This document shows, in pieces, positions 10,367 through 22,730 of a DNA stretch of 64,000 nucleotides; the stretch's first letter is position 1, and the number at the start of each line of letters is the position of its first letter. The notes beneath the pieces were generated by a model. That model searched no databases. It was not told the DNA's origin and saw only the letters and a program-made list of their open reading frames with translations. The position numbers and the translations under genes were made by a program. Source of the stretch: Octopus sinensis (taxonomy: Eukaryota). The stretch lies in the NCBI RefSeq assembly GCF_006345805.1, contig NC_043000.1:151714001-151778000 (forward strand), written 5' to 3'.

Positions 10367-12373
10367 ATGACGATGGCTAAATCAAAGAAACGGGCGTATA
10401 TAGACGTTGAGAGCAGATTTGAGAATATAGGATCGAGTGAGGATTCTGATGCCTCGGACGAGGAAGGAAATTTCTCTTATTCGCAAACTCTTGTTAGCGA
10501 AAAGTTAGTTGAAGAATGGCAAGATAAAGTCTCTGACCCCACACCAGCTTTACTTCGTGATATCATCGGGGCTTTTGCTGGCGCAGTTGAACAGATTCAA
10601 GATAAATCTGGTGGCACTAAAATTGCGGTGAAGAACATCACGGTATTTAATGATCTTGTTAAATTATGCCTCTTAAAAATCGAACCATCACTTCAATCAA
10701 TTTTGAATTTACCTCCGACCAAAGACATACGCCACTATACAAAACCGAATAAATGTAGCAAATGGAAAACAGTCTCATCAGACGTCAAAGTCTATTTATC
10801 GAGTTTAGTGAAAATGCTAAAGAATATATCTGAAACTTCAATGATTGATATTCTTCTGAAACACGTTCATAAGATGGCCATATACTTTTCTATGTCGAAC
10901 CGACTGTCCAAAGATCTTGTTAAACACCTCATAACAGTTTGGGGTTCAGCGGAAGATACGACTAGAATTTTAGCATTTCTTTGTATTAACAAACTTATCA
11001 TTATGCGAGACAACTCGATATTGGAATTGTGCCTCAAAAGAATGTATGCAGAATATGTAAGTAATTGTAAATTCACTTCTCCAACTATTTTACCAAATAT
11101 TGCATTCATGCAGAGATCTCTCGTCGAAATTCTGAAAATAGACGAAAAAGTCACATATCAACATGCTTTTGTTTACATTCGTCAACAAGCTATACATCTA
11201 AGAAATGCGCTAACTTTAAAAAAGAAAGATCTTTGCCAAACTGTTTATAATTGGCAATATATTCGTTGCCTTGAACTGTGGAGTTCTCTTATAAATACTT
11301 CTCCCCAAAGTACTGTGTTAGAGAATCTAATATTTCCATTAATTGAAGTGATTACTGGAGTTATTAAGTTAGTTCCGAGTGTTCGCTTCTATCCTCTGCG
11401 CTTTCATTGCATTGCTATGTTAAACAAAATCTCTGCCAGTACCGGTAAATTTATTCCAACATTACCATTTATCCTTGAAACTCTTGAATATTTGGATTTA
11501 AACAAAAAGTGTTCCAAAGTTGCCCTAAAACCAATATGTTTTACCTATGTATTGAAAATGACGAAATCTCAGGTTCAAGAAAAAACCTTCAAAGATACTG
11601 TAATTGATCAATTTTACGAACACATGTTAACGTGTCTTAGCATCGTTTCCCATTCGATCGGTTTTCCTGAGTTAGTATTTCCTGCGCAAATTCAAATAAA
11701 GGAAGTATTAAAGAACTGTAAAGTTCCAAACTACAGTAAACAATTAAAGCAATTATACGAGAAAATTGAAGAAAATTCCAAATTCATTTCAACACGTCGT
11801 AATACTTTTAGCTTGAATTTGTCCGACACAAAAGCAATAAATTCTTGGGAGCGGCAATGCAAGGACCAGGTACCACCTATTCTGAAATTCTTCCAAGTTT
11901 GGCGAAGGTTACGTGATAGAGAAATTGCGCATCAAGTAGCGGCCAAAGATGCTATTATCGATTTTGGAAATTTCGAGGATATAAGAGCCAAAAAGGAGCC
12001 AATTAGAAAGGCAACACCACAGGAGAAACGAGAGTTTAGCGCTTTATTCGACAGTGTTGATAAATATAATTTTGAAGATATATTTAAATTTGATTTGAAA
12101 AAGAATGCAGAGGCCAAGAAAAAGAAAACTGACAATGATGAGAAGAACATCAATGGAAATGCACAAGGCAAGAAAACAAAAACCAATGATGAAAACGAAG
12201 AGGATAATGGGAATGAACAAAAAAAGAAAAAAACCAGTGATGGGAAAAAAATAAAACCCAAAAGTTTCACTGGTAAAAAAATAAAACCCAAAGGTTTCAC
12301 TGGTAAAAAAATAAAACCCAAAGGTTTCACTGGTAAAAAGAAAAAACTCTACCTTGCTACCAATGACTCGTAA
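10367..12373 (+). CDS. NOC2L: Nucleolar complex protein 2 homolog, single coding exon (~668 aa; start ATG 10367 or 10373)
   Basis: Uninterrupted 2-kb ORF with Noc2-family motifs (RILAFLCI, YQHAFVYIRQQAIHLRNA, VYNWQY, RFYPLRFHC, FPELVFP). The ORF-track start at 10352 is a GTG; the first in-frame ATGs are 10367 and 10373. AATAAA at 12443-12448. Confidence 0.95.
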   Translation: MTMAKSKKRAYIDVESRFENIGSSEDSDASDEEGNFSYSQTLVSEKLVEEWQDKVSDPTPALLRDIIGAFAGAVEQIQDKSGGTKIAVKNITVFNDLVKLCLLKIEPSLQSILNLPPTKDIRHYTKPNKCSKWKTVSSDVKVYLSSLVKMLKNISETSMIDILLKHVHKMAIYFSMSNRLSKDLVKHLITVWGSAEDTTRILAFLCINKLIIMRDNSILELCLKRMYAEYVSNCKFTSPTILPNIAFMQRSLVEILKIDEKVTYQHAFVYIRQQAIHLRNALTLKKKDLCQTVYNWQYIRCLELWSSLINTSPQSTVLENLIFPLIEVITGVIKLVPSVRFYPLRFHCIAMLNKISASTGKFIPTLPFILETLEYLDLNKKCSKVALKPICFTYVLKMTKSQVQEKTFKDTVIDQFYEHMLTCLSIVSHSIGFPELVFPAQIQIKEVLKNCKVPNYSKQLKQLYEKIEENSKFISTRRNTFSLNLSDTKAINSWERQCKDQVPPILKFFQVWRRLRDREIAHQVAAKDAIIDFGNFEDIRAKKEPIRKATPQEKREFSALFDSVDKYNFEDIFKFDLKKNAEAKKKKTDNDEKNINGNAQGKKTKTNDENEEDNGNEQKKKKTSDGKKIKPKSFTGKKIKPKGFTGKKIKPKGFTGKKKKLYLATNDS

Positions 12374-13272
12374 TAATAGATTTGGAGGTTTGAAAATGAT
12401 TCAAAGAAAAGTTGAAACTTTAAGTCTCTCTATCAAAGGAAGAATAAACTTGTTTTGAATCAAATGTGGCTAACAATCAGTTTTTCAGGTGGTTACCTTA
12501 ATATAATTAAGGTATCACTACCATCATTTCAGGTTTCAGCAGGTTATCTCTTACAAACATTTCTTTCCATGTACAATAAAACTAAAGGATAAGTGAAGAA
12601 TCTTGTATTTTTGAGGAAATGAAGTGTATATAAATACATCATGGTTGCATGAAATACTGAAACAAAAACTAAATGTATTGCTTATATTTTAAGAATTACA
12701 TCATTTACAATTCTTTGCTAACTCATTATAAATACTTTTAAGTTTTCTAAATGTTATTTTTTTTTTCTCTTACTAAACATGCTTTTAAAATGAGAGTATT
12801 TTTACTTGTAAATAATACTCTCCTACATCAATATATAGTAAACTTAATTTTTGAAAGGTTCTTTTGCATTTTTTACTTTCATCATTTCATTAAGTAGAAA
12901 TTTTCAAATTTTGTATATTGATGTAATTTTTCATTCTGAATCTAATTTTGTTATTCACTTGTTCTAGAATAATTTTAGAAAAGTGTCACAGAGGTTTAAA
13001 ATTTGATAGTTTTTACCCAATCAGAAAACATTTGGAAGCTGGCATTTTTTGTGTGAAAGCTGACTATCACAACATTACCACAACAACAATTAATGCATTT
13101 TTTGTAGCAAAAATTCAAAAACTAAAATTTGAGATAGGACACTCTAGGAGTTTCTAAAACAAATTACAATTTTTGTATCTCCTGCACCATATAAACTCAC
13201 TGAGATACAAGTCAATCATAGTCCCACAGTGTTCTTTAACCCCTCATTTTACACAGGCCATAATCCCTTTTT

Positions 13273-13850
13273 TTTTTCTCCACTTGTGTGTGGGTACCAT
13301 CTTTTGAGTTGATAAACTCAACACTGTGGTTCACTGTTCGATGTTGAAAATTATAACCATCAATTTCAGGAATGTGAGAGTAGGTCCTCCATAAGGCACT
13401 AAAAATGACGTATGCATCCTTCTAGTGTGTGTCTGGTTTTGCAACACACACCTCCAAAAGCCCCACTGTTCAGCATGCACTCTTCCTTGGTTGTATTTAC
13501 CTCTTGCAAAGACTGTTTTGTCTATCTCAGTAATCTTCCCATGGCCACTTATCTGAACTGGGTTGCGGAGCAGGTCCTCTGCACATATTTCACAAACTTA
13601 GCTGTTGTATTCAACAGCTGTCCAGTGGCTCATCTCCAGTCCTTCAATTCAAAACTAGACAGAATTCAATTCCTTCACCCATCAGTAAAGAGAAAAGAGC
13701 AGTACAGTTCTAAGAGGAAAGGTGCCACCTTCCAGCCATGTATCTTTTCTGACAGACACACTTGTTGCATCCCTTGTGGGAACACTGCCAGGAAATTTCC
13801 CATGGGGTATCTTTTTCATATTATGTTTATCTGTACATAGTGTTTTTCTT
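13273..13850 (-). pseudogene. Merlin (IS1595-like) transposase fossil
   Basis: Frameshifted minus-strand peptides GHGKITEIDKTVFARGKYNQGR...W-AFGGV and IFSALWRTY...HRTVNHSVEFINSKDGTHTQVE match Merlin/IS1595 DDE motifs (VEIDES, KYNRGR, HxTVNHS, GxHTQxIE). Confidence 0.75.
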
Positions 13851-15499
13851 TTAGGAATAACACCCTTCCCTTACAAGTAAGAAACCACACCCTCCTCGGT
13901 TTTCAGTTTCTTCATGCTTGAAAGGTTAAATGAGTTGGCTGCAGTCATACATTTTAATAGTGTCAGGGCAGCAATTGAAAATATCAATTTCTCAAAAAAC
14001 CACAAGTAAAAAGGACAAGAATGAGATAGTACAAACGTTCAGAAAATAGGCACTCGTCAAAGAAAATACTCATGGTTGTAATAGTTTTAAGTAGACAGCA
14101 GCTTGGTTTGTTACTATGGAAACAGGCACCCAATGTATCTGTGGCTTTCAATTAGCTAAAATAACCCAAAATTTGCAAATTTTAAAAGCTATTAACTTTT
14201 TTATTTAATTTATGGCAATTAGCATACAAAACTACATTAGTACTAAATTTGAAAACAAATGGAACAAAATTTAAAAATAGAAAACTGTGACATCAACAGA
14301 ACAGATCCATGTTTCTAATTGAATAATAATCATAAATTAGCTAAAGAGATTTTATTTTTCTCTTAAAATGAAAGTAAACAATATTAGATTAAGTAATTCA
14401 TGCAGTCCTTCATGTATCTATATACTCACCAATTCCTTGAACATATGCTGTGATCTTCCACATTTACCAACTGAAATATTGAATAATGTTCTCAGAAACA
14501 ATAGGAATTTTGGCATTTTGTCATTGGCTGTTTACAATTCCTATGTTCCACATTCAAATCTCTAGATTTCATAAAATATGTGCAGGTACTGGATCAACCT
14601 AATGTATGTGTATAGAATATATACTTAGTTCTTTAGCATTTAAACCGGCCATACCTGTTTTATGTTGAAACTGACCAGATCTAGCCTCTCACGCCTACCC
14701 TATGTCATACTAAAAATAAACAATCACATCTTCAAAATTTTGAAGCCACAAGATACTTCATAGTTAATTTTTTTAAGTGTAGATAAATAAGCATAATCTG
14801 AATAAATAGTAAAGTCATCCAAATCCCAAAGAATTACTTTTCAGACTAGGTGTAAAATTTTATGTGTAGTGGAGTATGTGTATTAAAATAAAGATAAAAA
14901 AATATTTTTTCTATACCAGGAAACAATACTAAATGCACTGTACACAAGATGCAGTACAAAGATTTATCATCTGGACAAATTGCAATGGTAAAGTCATTCT
15001 GTGACTTCATTGGTAAAGTAATTTCTGAATCCTCCTGTACATAAATCTATGTGTTTATTCACACAGATACATATGCCTACACACACACACACATGTATTC
15101 AATGCCTTTTGTACACTTTCCATGCACCAAACTCACTCACAAAGCATTGTGGTTAACCTGGGACTATAATTGACGACACTTGGCAAAGTGCCACACAGTG
15201 GGACTGAACTTGAAGCCATGTGGTTGGGAAGTAAATGCCTTCATTCCCCAGATATACCTACACCTTTATGTGTATATATTAACATATATAAAGGCGTTGG
15301 CATGGCTATGATTAAGAAGTCCACAATCACAAGGTTTTGGGTTCAGTACTTCTAAAGACCTGAGCTGACCAGTGCCTTGTGAGTAAAACTTGGTGGAGCA
15401 AAATTGTACATAAGTCTCTCATGTGTGTGTATATATAAATATAGATAGTTTTTTTTAGGTGGTTCATAAAAAACACCATTTGAGCATGGCCATTGCCAG

Positions 15500-15703
15500 T
15501 ACTGCTTGACTGGCGGCCCTCGTGCCAGTGGCACGTAAAAGCACTCGCTACACTCGGAGTGGTTCGCATTAGGAAGGGCATCCAGCTGTAGAAACTCTGC
15601 CAGATCAGATTGGAGCCTGGTGCAGCCATCTGGTTTGCCAATCCTCAGTCAAATCGTCCAAACCATGCTAGCATGGAAAGCGGACGTTAAACGATGATGA
15701 TGA
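15500..15703 (+). mobile_element. SINE family 2 ((TGA)n tail, RTE-like 3' end)
   Basis: gtgccagtggcacgtaaaagcac...aggaagggcatccagctgtagaaac...gcggacgttaaacgatgatgatga; also at ~16990-17150 and ~23110-23283. Confidence 0.8.
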
Positions 15704-16283
15704 GGTAGATATTTATATATATACTATATAGATATAAAACCTACTGGTGTTACTTTGTTTACCTCCCCTTAACTTAACATTTTTGCAAAAATGATGCTGA
15801 TAGAATAGATTTAGAAAAATAAATACTGGTGTTGATTTGATTAACTAAAACCCTCCAGGACAGTGCTCCAGCTTGGCTGTAGTTCATAACTGAAGCAAGT
15901 AGAAGAATGCTTACAAATATGTATGTACCCACTTTTAAATACCTATATAGATAAAAATACAAACATATACACATTTTTTATACCTTTCCCCTAAGATAAC
16001 TCCAATTTAATTGCAATCTTTATCATTCACATTATGCAATTATAACAATTGTTAATTATTAATAAATATGTTATAAGTATTGTTATGTAACATGCTGCTA
16101 CTATTTATAATTACATGATTGTTTCTGAAACAATTCCATATGAGTGAATTTGGTTGGCAGAAACTGGAAACATATGTTTGTTTGTTTGCATCCTTCTTCA
16201 GTAAAGAAGACCAATAAAATTACTACCAGATTTAACAAAACAGAGAGAAAAACATAACTACTGGGGCCAATTTGTTCAGTTAA

Positions 16284-16499
16284 CCCTTTAGCATTCAAAC
16301 CATCTCCAGCCTAAATATTTTACCTCCTTTTTGTTCAAAACCAGTCAGATCCAGCCTCTTACCCTATCCTACAATATTATTCCCAAGTTAAAGAGTCACA
16401 TCACAGAAATCTCACAGCTATGAGATAATGCAGGATTAATTCAATGCAATGTGAATAAACCAGCATCACATTTGGTAGAATAGTGTGAATACTTAAGGG
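16284..16499 (+). mobile_element. piggyBac-type MITE (TTAA/CCCTT ends)
   Basis: TTAA|CCCTTTAGCATTC...AAGGG|TTAA; relatives at ~14630-14830, ~16660-16880 and ~37172-37389. Confidence 0.7.
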
Positions 16500-18212
16500 T
16501 TAAACCCTTCAAGGTAGTGCCACATGGCTGCTGTCCAATAACATCAAGGAAACCTGTTTTGTCTTATGAACTTCTAATTCTTCCTTATAACAATTGAGCA
16601 CTACCATTACAGGTCTGTAATTCCTTTGGTTTAAAGTTTGGAACTTATGGTTAACCCTAACCGTTCAGCATTTAAATTGACCACATGTGGCCCAAATAGC
16701 CAGCCTTCATTTTTGTTCAAACCACCAAATCCAGCCCTTCACACCTACCCTACATTGTCATTCTAAAAATAATAAAATTACAGCATTGACATCTCGAAGC
16801 TATAAGATAATAATAGGGTAGATTTAAAACATTGTGAATAAAGGTTACATTTGGCAGAGTAATCAGAATGTTAAAAGGGCTAAAGTTTTTGTAGGTATAG
16901 GTGATAATCAAGATATTTAGCGTGGAAAAATTCAGGATATCACTTGCATCAATAGAATGAGAAATAAGCAACAGCTTAAATTTCATATACTACACTCACG
17001 GAGTGGTTGGCATTAGGAAGGGCATCCAGCTGTAGAAACACTGCCAGATCAGATTGAAGCCTGGTGCAGCCTCCTGGCTTCCCAGACTCCGGTCGAACCA
17101 TCCAACCCATGCTAGCATGGAAAACGGATATTAAACGATGATGATGATGTTGGTATTTAACTAACATCTTACTTCTTTGCACCATTTGTGGAAGCAATGG
17201 CTGATCATGACTATTTCAGCTTATCCTATAGCACACCTTAACTACGTTTAGATTCGGTTTTTTTCCAAAGCTTAATGGGACATGTTTGCTTAACTTCCCA
17301 AGCTTCTTCAATACTTTTTTGTTTCTTGCATCTTGTAATTTTTCCAGAATTCTTTGTCAGACTAACATTTATCAGTCACTCAACTGACTGACTTGAAAAT
17401 TGATCCAATAGGCCAGGCTGCAATAATGAAGTAATGTTTGATGGAAGAATGAAAACAACTTCAACAGGTAATCACATTTTCAGGTATATCTGGATTTGAA
17501 GGATGACCAATAGCAGAAGTTCCATGGGCTTAAAATTATTTTTCTCACAGTGACATTTGTCAGCAGGACTGAAATATTCAACAAACCATTTGGTAATCAT
17601 CTTCATTGTTCGACCGTGGTCGAGACAATGGAATTTACCATGCTACGCCAGACTTCACGGTCTATCATGGCATTACGGAGGTCCTGTTGCTGGATGCCTG
17701 TATCCCTGGAAATTACATCAGGGTAGGAGAGTGTGCGCCCTCTGGTATTGCGAGTAGATGGCTTCCAGAGGAGAAGAGTAGAAATTACCTCTTTTTCAGC
17801 TCTACAACAATGTCCATCAAACTGGACTCTTACCTTTCATAAGAGATGACACAGGTGGTAGTTTCCCATATATTTGCATTTTGTTGGATGGCGCTTCCAC
17901 AAGAGATTTTGGTAAACAACTCCTGCATAATCCAAGTCGGCCACTATATCAAACTTCGAATATTAATCACTGTTGTATCCATTTCATTAGTTGGCTAATG
18001 TCCTAGAAAAGAGCACTGTATTTACTATTTTAAAAACAAATCACTATTTTCAGGCATGGTTGTGTGGTAAGAAATTAGCTTCCCAACCACATGGTCCAGG
18101 TTCAATCCCACTACATGGGTAAGTGACTTCTATTGCCTCAGGTTGACCAAAGGTTTATTAATGGATTTGGGAGACGGAAACAGAAAGAAGCCCATCATAA
18201 AATTTATATATA

Positions 18213-19350
18213 TTAGGCTGCATGAAAAGTAAGCAACATTTTGAAACATGAAATTCATCACAATATATTTCAACAAGGCAGAAATTTTATTCATCAAACT
18301 ACCCTTACAATAAACACATTTTTGTCACCAGTTTGTTTATTTTGGTAACATAAAAATCTGGAGTTCTGGAGCTGATGAACTCTTTGAATGCACTTTCAGC
18401 ATCAGTTTGGTTTTTGAACTCCTCTTGCTGGAAACCATCAAGGTGCTTGAAAAAGTGGTAGTCAGTAGGAGAAAGGTGTAGGGAAGAAGTTTGTGGCCAA
18501 GTTCCCTCAACTTCTTGAGCGTTGTTAGTGAAACGTGTGGTTGAGCATTGTCATGAAGAATAATTCGCCCTCTTATTTCTTTATTGCCCACAACGGGCTA
18601 AACATAGAGGGAACAAACAAGGACAGACAAAGGGATTAAATCAATTACATTGACCCCAGTGTGTAACTGGTACTTAATTTATCGACCCCAAAAGGATGAA
18701 AGGCAAATTCGACCTCGGCGGAATTTGAACTCAGAACGTAGCAGCAGACGATATACCACTAAGCATTTCACCTGGCATGCTGATGTTTCTGCCAGCTCGC
18801 CGCTTCTGTTGAACAGTCTGGGATGGAGGGGGTAGCAGTTTATCATTCATTTTGGCAATTTCACAGCAATATGTTTCTGTGGTAATGGTTTTTAAGAAGT
18901 TTTAATGGATAAGTCCAGCAGTACACCACCAAACAGTCACCATAACTTTTTTGAAGAACACAGGTTTAGGAAAGATTTTCGGTACTTCATTTTCATTCAA
19001 CCACTGCAAAGAACATTTTTTATTAATGTACAGAATCCACTTTCCATCACAAGTTGCAATGCAGTCGAGAAATGGATTGGTCTGATTACAGAGAGGCAGC
19101 AACAAGCAAATTTCATATCTGTGCATTTTCTGATTTTCCTATTGCATGCAAATGGTTGCAGTCCTTTTGCCAGTTCTCAAGTGGTTTTAAATGGATCTTT
19201 CTCAATGACAGATGGGCATCCACTACCTCTTATGATCTTCAAGGTTCAGGTCTCCACTGCAAAATCGTTTGAACCATTTCCAAGCTGACCACTCACTGGT
19301 CATTTCTTCAAGCTGTTTTACATCCATCTGTGGGTATGGAGAACTTTTAC
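18213..19350 (-). mobile_element. Decayed mariner (DD34D) interrupted by SINE family 3 (~18587-18800)
   Basis: Fragments IATCDGKWILY, VMVTVWW, IILHDNAQPH; TIR-like end ttaggctgcatgaaaagtaagcaac. Confidence 0.75.
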
Positions 19351-21412
19351 TTATACAGAATGCAAGTTATACACCTTGAATCTTTTGAAATAAAGCAAAA
19401 TATAAACTTCAGTTTTCTCATCAAAATAACAATATCACTAAATTAATTAAATAAATGTTTTATTAGATTGAAAAATTCAAATTGCTTTACAATATTTGGT
19501 TTATATTTGATGTCAACAGTATATTTTTGTTCAGTAAAAAGAAACAAATCCTACTGCAAATTACAAAGTATCCAAACTCTTCACACAAAATTCTAAAATG
19601 AAAAACTTTATGCTAGAATTAGGATAATCTGCACACAATAGTAGGAACAAGAAGCTTTGCAATTTTGTACACAATCAAACATTAAAAAAAAAATTTTTAA
19701 TATAACGTGGAGAGGAGTAAATTAAAATAATGACTGAGATTCTTGGGTATTTTTTAAAAAATTTTATATTGAGCATGATTAAAAGTTCAACAGAGGCTTA
19801 CAACTAACTAAAACTACTGCAAGGTAACCCTTTAATTTATGATTCAGTGTTCAAATCTCTTTAGAATCAGCAGGTACCATTAGTAGTCTTACTGAATTAA
19901 TTTACTCAACTAAACTCCTCTCCTCTAAAAGGATTTAAGAGCAACTAAGTAAAAAAAACAAATTAAGTGTCAAGATCTTCCAGGTGTAGCTTCACAGCAG
20001 ATAAATATAAAAAGGTCATCCACAAATGTAATACAATTACAAATGGTTACTGAGTTATTGGGTGACCTGTGTAAGGTATTATTGTTGTTTTTGCTTTGTT
20101 ATTCATATACAAGTTAGTGTAAATTAATTAAAGAACATTTTTGGTACCTTAGAATGACCACAGCCAAAACATTGGAGTCTAGACACATATCTGCAAATAT
20201 GTCATGACCATCCATAAAAATGTTATAGAAAATTTGTAAATATTTACTTCTGATCCATTAAAATAGAGAAGTGGTGATCTGAGATGCTTCCAATTAGGAA
20301 ACATTTTGAAAGAATATAATAATGAAGTGTAATATATTCTAATAATACTTTTGAACAAGAAAGACTGTGTCTTGTCTTTCTTAACTTCATAGTATACAAG
20401 TTTACTTGTTAATTGTCATATATAAAATGCACTAATTTTGGGTGTTGCTACAATATTTTGTATGAATACAATAAAGTGCAATTGAAACTTTTTACTGTGA
20501 AAACCTGAAATCTTTCCACATACAACGGTAATTATGTCTCAGGTTGTTAATTATATTCATTGCAACCACTTCATTTACTGCAGATATTTTTTAAATATTC
20601 GAGAAACACCGCCCTTCAGTGTTTATCCCTATTTATGTAATACATATATTGTCTTTTTTTATATATATACAAAATTACATCAGCCCAATGTACGCTTCCT
20701 TGAAGATGGTCAGGTCTGCTTTAAGAGAAATTTGGTTGCTATTTGTAACAACTCAAGAAACCACAAAGAAACATTCTCTTGGTTCAAAGTAAACTTAATT
20801 CATGACGATCCCATCTTTTTGTATACCAAGAACTACATTGTCCAATACATCCTACCAATTTAAAGATGCCAAGATATGATTTGAGAGAGATTTAGCTGCT
20901 ATTTCTTGCAGTTCAAGTGACTATCTAAAATCTCTCTTGTTGAACCCCAAGACCATATTGTGAGGCAACAATACAGTATGCAGGCCCAGATGTCTGCAAG
21001 AAAACTCTCTTATGCTTTCATATCATTCCTTCAAAGAGGTGGTTGGTGTAAGAGGCAAAGTGAGGTATGAGATACTTCTATTTCATTACATCAGAAAGGT
21101 AGTTCAGTAAAAAAAAAAAAAGGGGCTGATAGTATTTTAGCTACATACACAGATTTACATACATAAGCTCCATTATAATTAGAATTATTTTAGTAAGTGT
21201 TAAATTAAAGATTCACTATTTTTTTGTTGTTTTGTTTTAATCAAAATGGGAGATTCAACTTGGTCTGTAATTTTTGTATGTGGAATAAATCCTTCGATTC
21301 AGTTCAACAAAATGCAAAGACGAACATTTTGCATAGAAATCTGGAAATGTGTAATGCAGCTGTAGATATCTGATTTGATAAAAAAACAGAAAATGGTGTT
21401 AACAGGATCCTT

Positions 21413-21735
21413 TTAATTAATATGCCTATAAATTAAATAGCCCAAACCAATACCTAAACCTATTGTTGCCCATCGACTGAAAGATGAGCTTTTTAATATT
21501 GATTGCCAATACATTGTTTTCCTAATGGTTTCAATTTCTTTCAACAAGCGACCTACTGAAGCCCTCTCCAGTTGCTGTTTGTGGTACTTCAGTAAGTAGG
21601 GCCTTCGGTCTTCAGAGAAGTAACGGCTGTCAATTCCTAGCATTACTAATCTGTTCAGCAGTACAATAAGACTGATGTCTGCAGCAGTGAATCGAGAACC
21701 AAACAGCCACAACTCTTGGTCGTAGTCTGATGAGC
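21413..21735 (-). CDS. GDAP1: GDAP1 coding exon 5 (GST-C domain, C-terminal tail anchor, stop)
   Basis: Acceptor ttttctag|GC; WLFGSRFTAADISLIVLLNRL...RPYL; hydrophobic tail WATIGLGIGLGYLIY followed by basic RH; TAA. Joined CDS is 1026 nt, giving 341 aa. Confidence 0.93.
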
Positions 21736-22050
21736 CTAGAAAACAAAATAAAACAAAACATGAGTATCAGTTACCAAAGTCGAAAAGCTGACAGGTATGA
21801 TATTTTTGTCTCGAAAATAAAATGGAAAAATCAGAAAGAACATAATTCGTAGGCTAATCCTTCTTGTACGACATGGTTTAAAAAAACTTTAAATCAAAGA
21901 CATCCAATATCATGCCACCACTATGTGTTGTGAAACTTGTTGGAAACTTAATCAACGATGCTATTGTTCCCAAAATGTGTATGTGTGTAGTGTACCGTTG
22001 GCGATTTTTTTTCTTCCGTCTTCCCTTCTTTGGATCTTTCCTTTTTCTAT

Positions 22051-22085
22051 GTTTCTGACGAAGAGCTCCACTCGAAACGTTAAAC
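22051..22085 (+). ncRNA. Minimal type-I hammerhead ribozyme motif (Penelope-associated type) in a ~190-nt repeat (~21985-22170)
   Basis: GTTT CTGACGA A GAG-CTCCA-CTC GAAAC GTT AAAC: intact CUGANGA/GAAA core, stem I GUUU/AAAC, stem II GAG/CUC, palindromic ACGU in place of stem III. Confidence 0.7.
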
Positions 22086-22429
22086 CCTCCTTCTTTCCTG
22101 AGCGTTCAATAATACTATATTTGTTCCACTACCTTGCGTTGTGTTTTCATGTTTGGATTAACTATATATATATATGTGTGTGTGATAGTTGGATCATCAC
22201 ATAGATGATGCTATTTCAGATACTGAAATAAATATAAATTAGAAAACTTTTTTACAGCAGGATTAGAATTAAGATAGTTTGTAATGTAAACCTGTTTGTT
22301 TGAGGTGAGAAAGTTATTTAAAATTTCTTGCTTCACTACTTTAAATATATTAAATCATTTTACACCAATCACTCTTTTTAAACTGTGACTACACAGTACA
22401 TGTGAAGGCTCAAAAATGAAACCTTGTAT

Positions 22430-22730
22430 GACACAGTGTAAATGGTTTAAGAGAAAAATTGGGTATAAGAGTCATAAGATGTAGTGTGCAAGAAAGAAGA
22501 CTGCACTGGTATGGTCATGTGATATGAGTAAAGATGAGGACAGTGCATAAAGAAGTACCAATCTCAAATTGTGGAAGGAACCTGTGAAAGGGGTAGACCC
22601 AGGAAGACATGGGACAAAGTGGGGGGAGATGAATTTTCAGATGTTGAGTCTCATCAAGGCAATGACAAAGGACTGAGATCTCTGGCGATATTCTGTGCTT
22701 GAGAAGACAAGTTCAGTTAAGTAAAATCCT
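22430..22730 (+). mobile_element. RTE-clade LINE 3' fragment
   Basis: Degenerate RLHWYGHV...VEGTCERGRPRKTW. Confidence 0.65.

Noticed and set aside
11932-12330. 132-aa antisense ORF with repeats
   Set aside because: Shadow of the lysine-rich repetitive NOC2L C-terminus.
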